DNA of 63,967 nucleotides, filler included, from Reclinomonas americana ATCC 50394 (Eukaryota): NCBI GenBank assembly GCA_048213135.1. It is 14 parts of 14 records of this genome, joined end to end, with 100 filler letters (N's around TTAATTAATTAA, not from the genome) between each part and the next. Parts side by side here need not be neighbours in the genome. Positions count along the whole stretch, not along the records: positions 60,228 to 62,845 come from AFZH01017759.1; positions 62,946 to 63,967 come from AFZH01017875.1; 12 more parts are not named here. One strand, 5' to 3'. Shown piece by piece: positions 62,469 to 63,967 of this stretch (position 1 is its first letter; each line of letters starts with the position of its first letter). The notes under the pieces were generated by a model. It saw only the letters and a program-made list of their open reading frames with translations, ran no database searches and was not told where the DNA came from. The position numbers and the translations under genes were made by a program.

Positions 62469-62945
62469 GAAGATCTGCAAGCAAAACAAGCAAACAGGCA
62501 TGCATGACGAACAAACGAAAATCGACGCAATGGAATTCGATCAACTTCAATTGGGCAGTCGATCGCCCCCTTCCTTTCAGTTTCACACGTTCTCTCTTTG
62601 CTCCACCCTCTTCTTGTGCCACACCACGAGGTATGCGACTCTCATCTCAGATGCATCACCATCAAAGTGCAAAAGTGTCTTGTCACTCACTCTTCTCTCT
62701 CTGTGTGTCACCAGCCACACACACACCTGTGTCCGCAGCAGACGCTGTCGCTGTCGAGTGGCTGCGAGGAGTGTGTGCGCTGTGCCCACTGGCAACCCCA
62801 CTGTGACAATGCACACACACGCACGCGGTGCTGGCGTTCTTGCGANNNNNNNNNNNNNNNNNNNNNNNNNNNNNNNNNNNNNNNNNNNNTTAATTAATTA
62901 ANNNNNNNNNNNNNNNNNNNNNNNNNNNNNNNNNNNNNNNNNNNN

Positions 62946-63344
62946 TGTGACGGCGACAGATCGCACCGTGTCGGTGTGTCCCTCCAGCCGTCGCACCTCT
63001 TCTCCACTCGCCAGTGACCACACTCGCACTGTGTTATCGTAGCTGCCGCTGACAATGTGGCCATCGAAGGCGACGGCGACGGACATTACAAAGCTAGTGT
63101 GTCCCGCCAACCGTCGCACTTCTTCACCACTCGCCATCGACCAGACACGTACGGTACGGTCTCCACTTCCACTCACAATGTGCTGATTATCAGGGGTGAC
63201 GGCGACAGAGAACACCCAATCAGTGTGTCCCACCAGTCGTCGCACCTCGTCCCCACTTGCCAAAGACCACACTTGAACTGTACTGTCCAAGCACCCACCG
63301 ACAATGTGCTTGCCGTCGGGAGTGACGGCGACGGATCGCACCAC
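62946..63344 (-). CDS. WD40-repeat protein, paralogue of 23992-25116 (truncated by gap)
   Basis: Repeats VRSVAVTPDGKHIV...VWSLASGDEVRRLVGHTDWVFSVAVTPDNQHIVSGSGDRTVRVW with no intron in the visible repeat region. Confidence 0.9.
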
Positions 63345-63967
63345 TGCGAGACTCTGAATGATCTGTTTCGATCATTCGCGGTGAGGCGCACATGCACAAA
63401 CACAAAGAACAACACCCGCACACAAACGAATGCATGCACAGACACACCACGCAAAAGTGCGCATACATTCACACCTTGGTTGTCATTCTCCGTGTGCGTG
63501 TGATTTGCTCGCTCAGGATTGTCACTGTTTCCCGCCTTTCTTCTCCCGCCTTGCTCTGAGACGTCTTACATGGTCAAGCCAGGCTGCAACCAGCACCCCG
63601 CACAGCATGCGGTAGTGTGAGCGACGTGGATCTGAAGATGAGTGTGACCTTTCGAAGACCATGGGACTCGTCGTAGTGAAATCAGCAGAATGGACATGCA
63701 AGGTGGTGGTGGTGACACGAGGTTGGCGCTCCACTGCATCGAGACCGGCCTGCATTCTCTACCAACGAGGATTGGAATGTCGGGCTGCTTGGACATGCAG
63801 CTGTGGTCCAGCTGTGCTGAAGCCACGGCACACACGAGAATCCAATGAGCAGCGAGTCAGCGACACCTCACACCTCGGATCGGTCCACAGCGAGATTAAT
63901 GATGGTACAGGAAAGAACGAGAGCCACGCGGAATAGGAGAGGAGCGACCAGCACAGCAGCACAGCGA

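Noticed and set aside
1596..62945. TTAATTAATTAA repeated 13 times, resembling a transposon target site or regulatory element
   Set aside because: It is always centred in an identical N44/N44 spacer, so it is a synthetic six-frame-stop linker. Nup155, STOML2 and GCDH continue across these spacers.

Overview
Eukaryotic nuclear DNA from an intron-rich, gene-dense protist that appears to be flagellated (CFAP97-family gene) and to have aerobic mitochondria (GCDH, mitochondrial TyrRS, STOML2). I cannot name the species. The window is a scaffold with 13 artificial 100-bp gap spacers (N44-TTAATTAATTAA-N44), and several genes continue colinearly across them. Genes recognised after manual splicing: a DDX60-like helicase, ZNF207/BuGZ, a CFAP97-domain protein, an SRSF11/SREK1-like RRM protein, a coiled-coil+PH+SWIRM-like protein, Nup155, STOML2, arylamine N-acetyltransferase, GCDH, class I PITP, two AGTRAP-like paralogues, mitochondrial TyrRS and WD40-repeat paralogues, plus several hypotheticals. 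Two observations stand out. (1) A large second class of 5' splice sites carries the consensus shifted one nucleotide into the intron (|GTTGCGT, |GTTGAGT, |GTTACG), used almost only when the last exonic base is not G. (2) A tandem array of three tiny three-exon genes encodes 50-56 aa peptides with a conserved C-terminal G-[DN]-I-x2-L-x2-W-C-G-G-T motif. All homology calls come from recalled motifs, not database searches.
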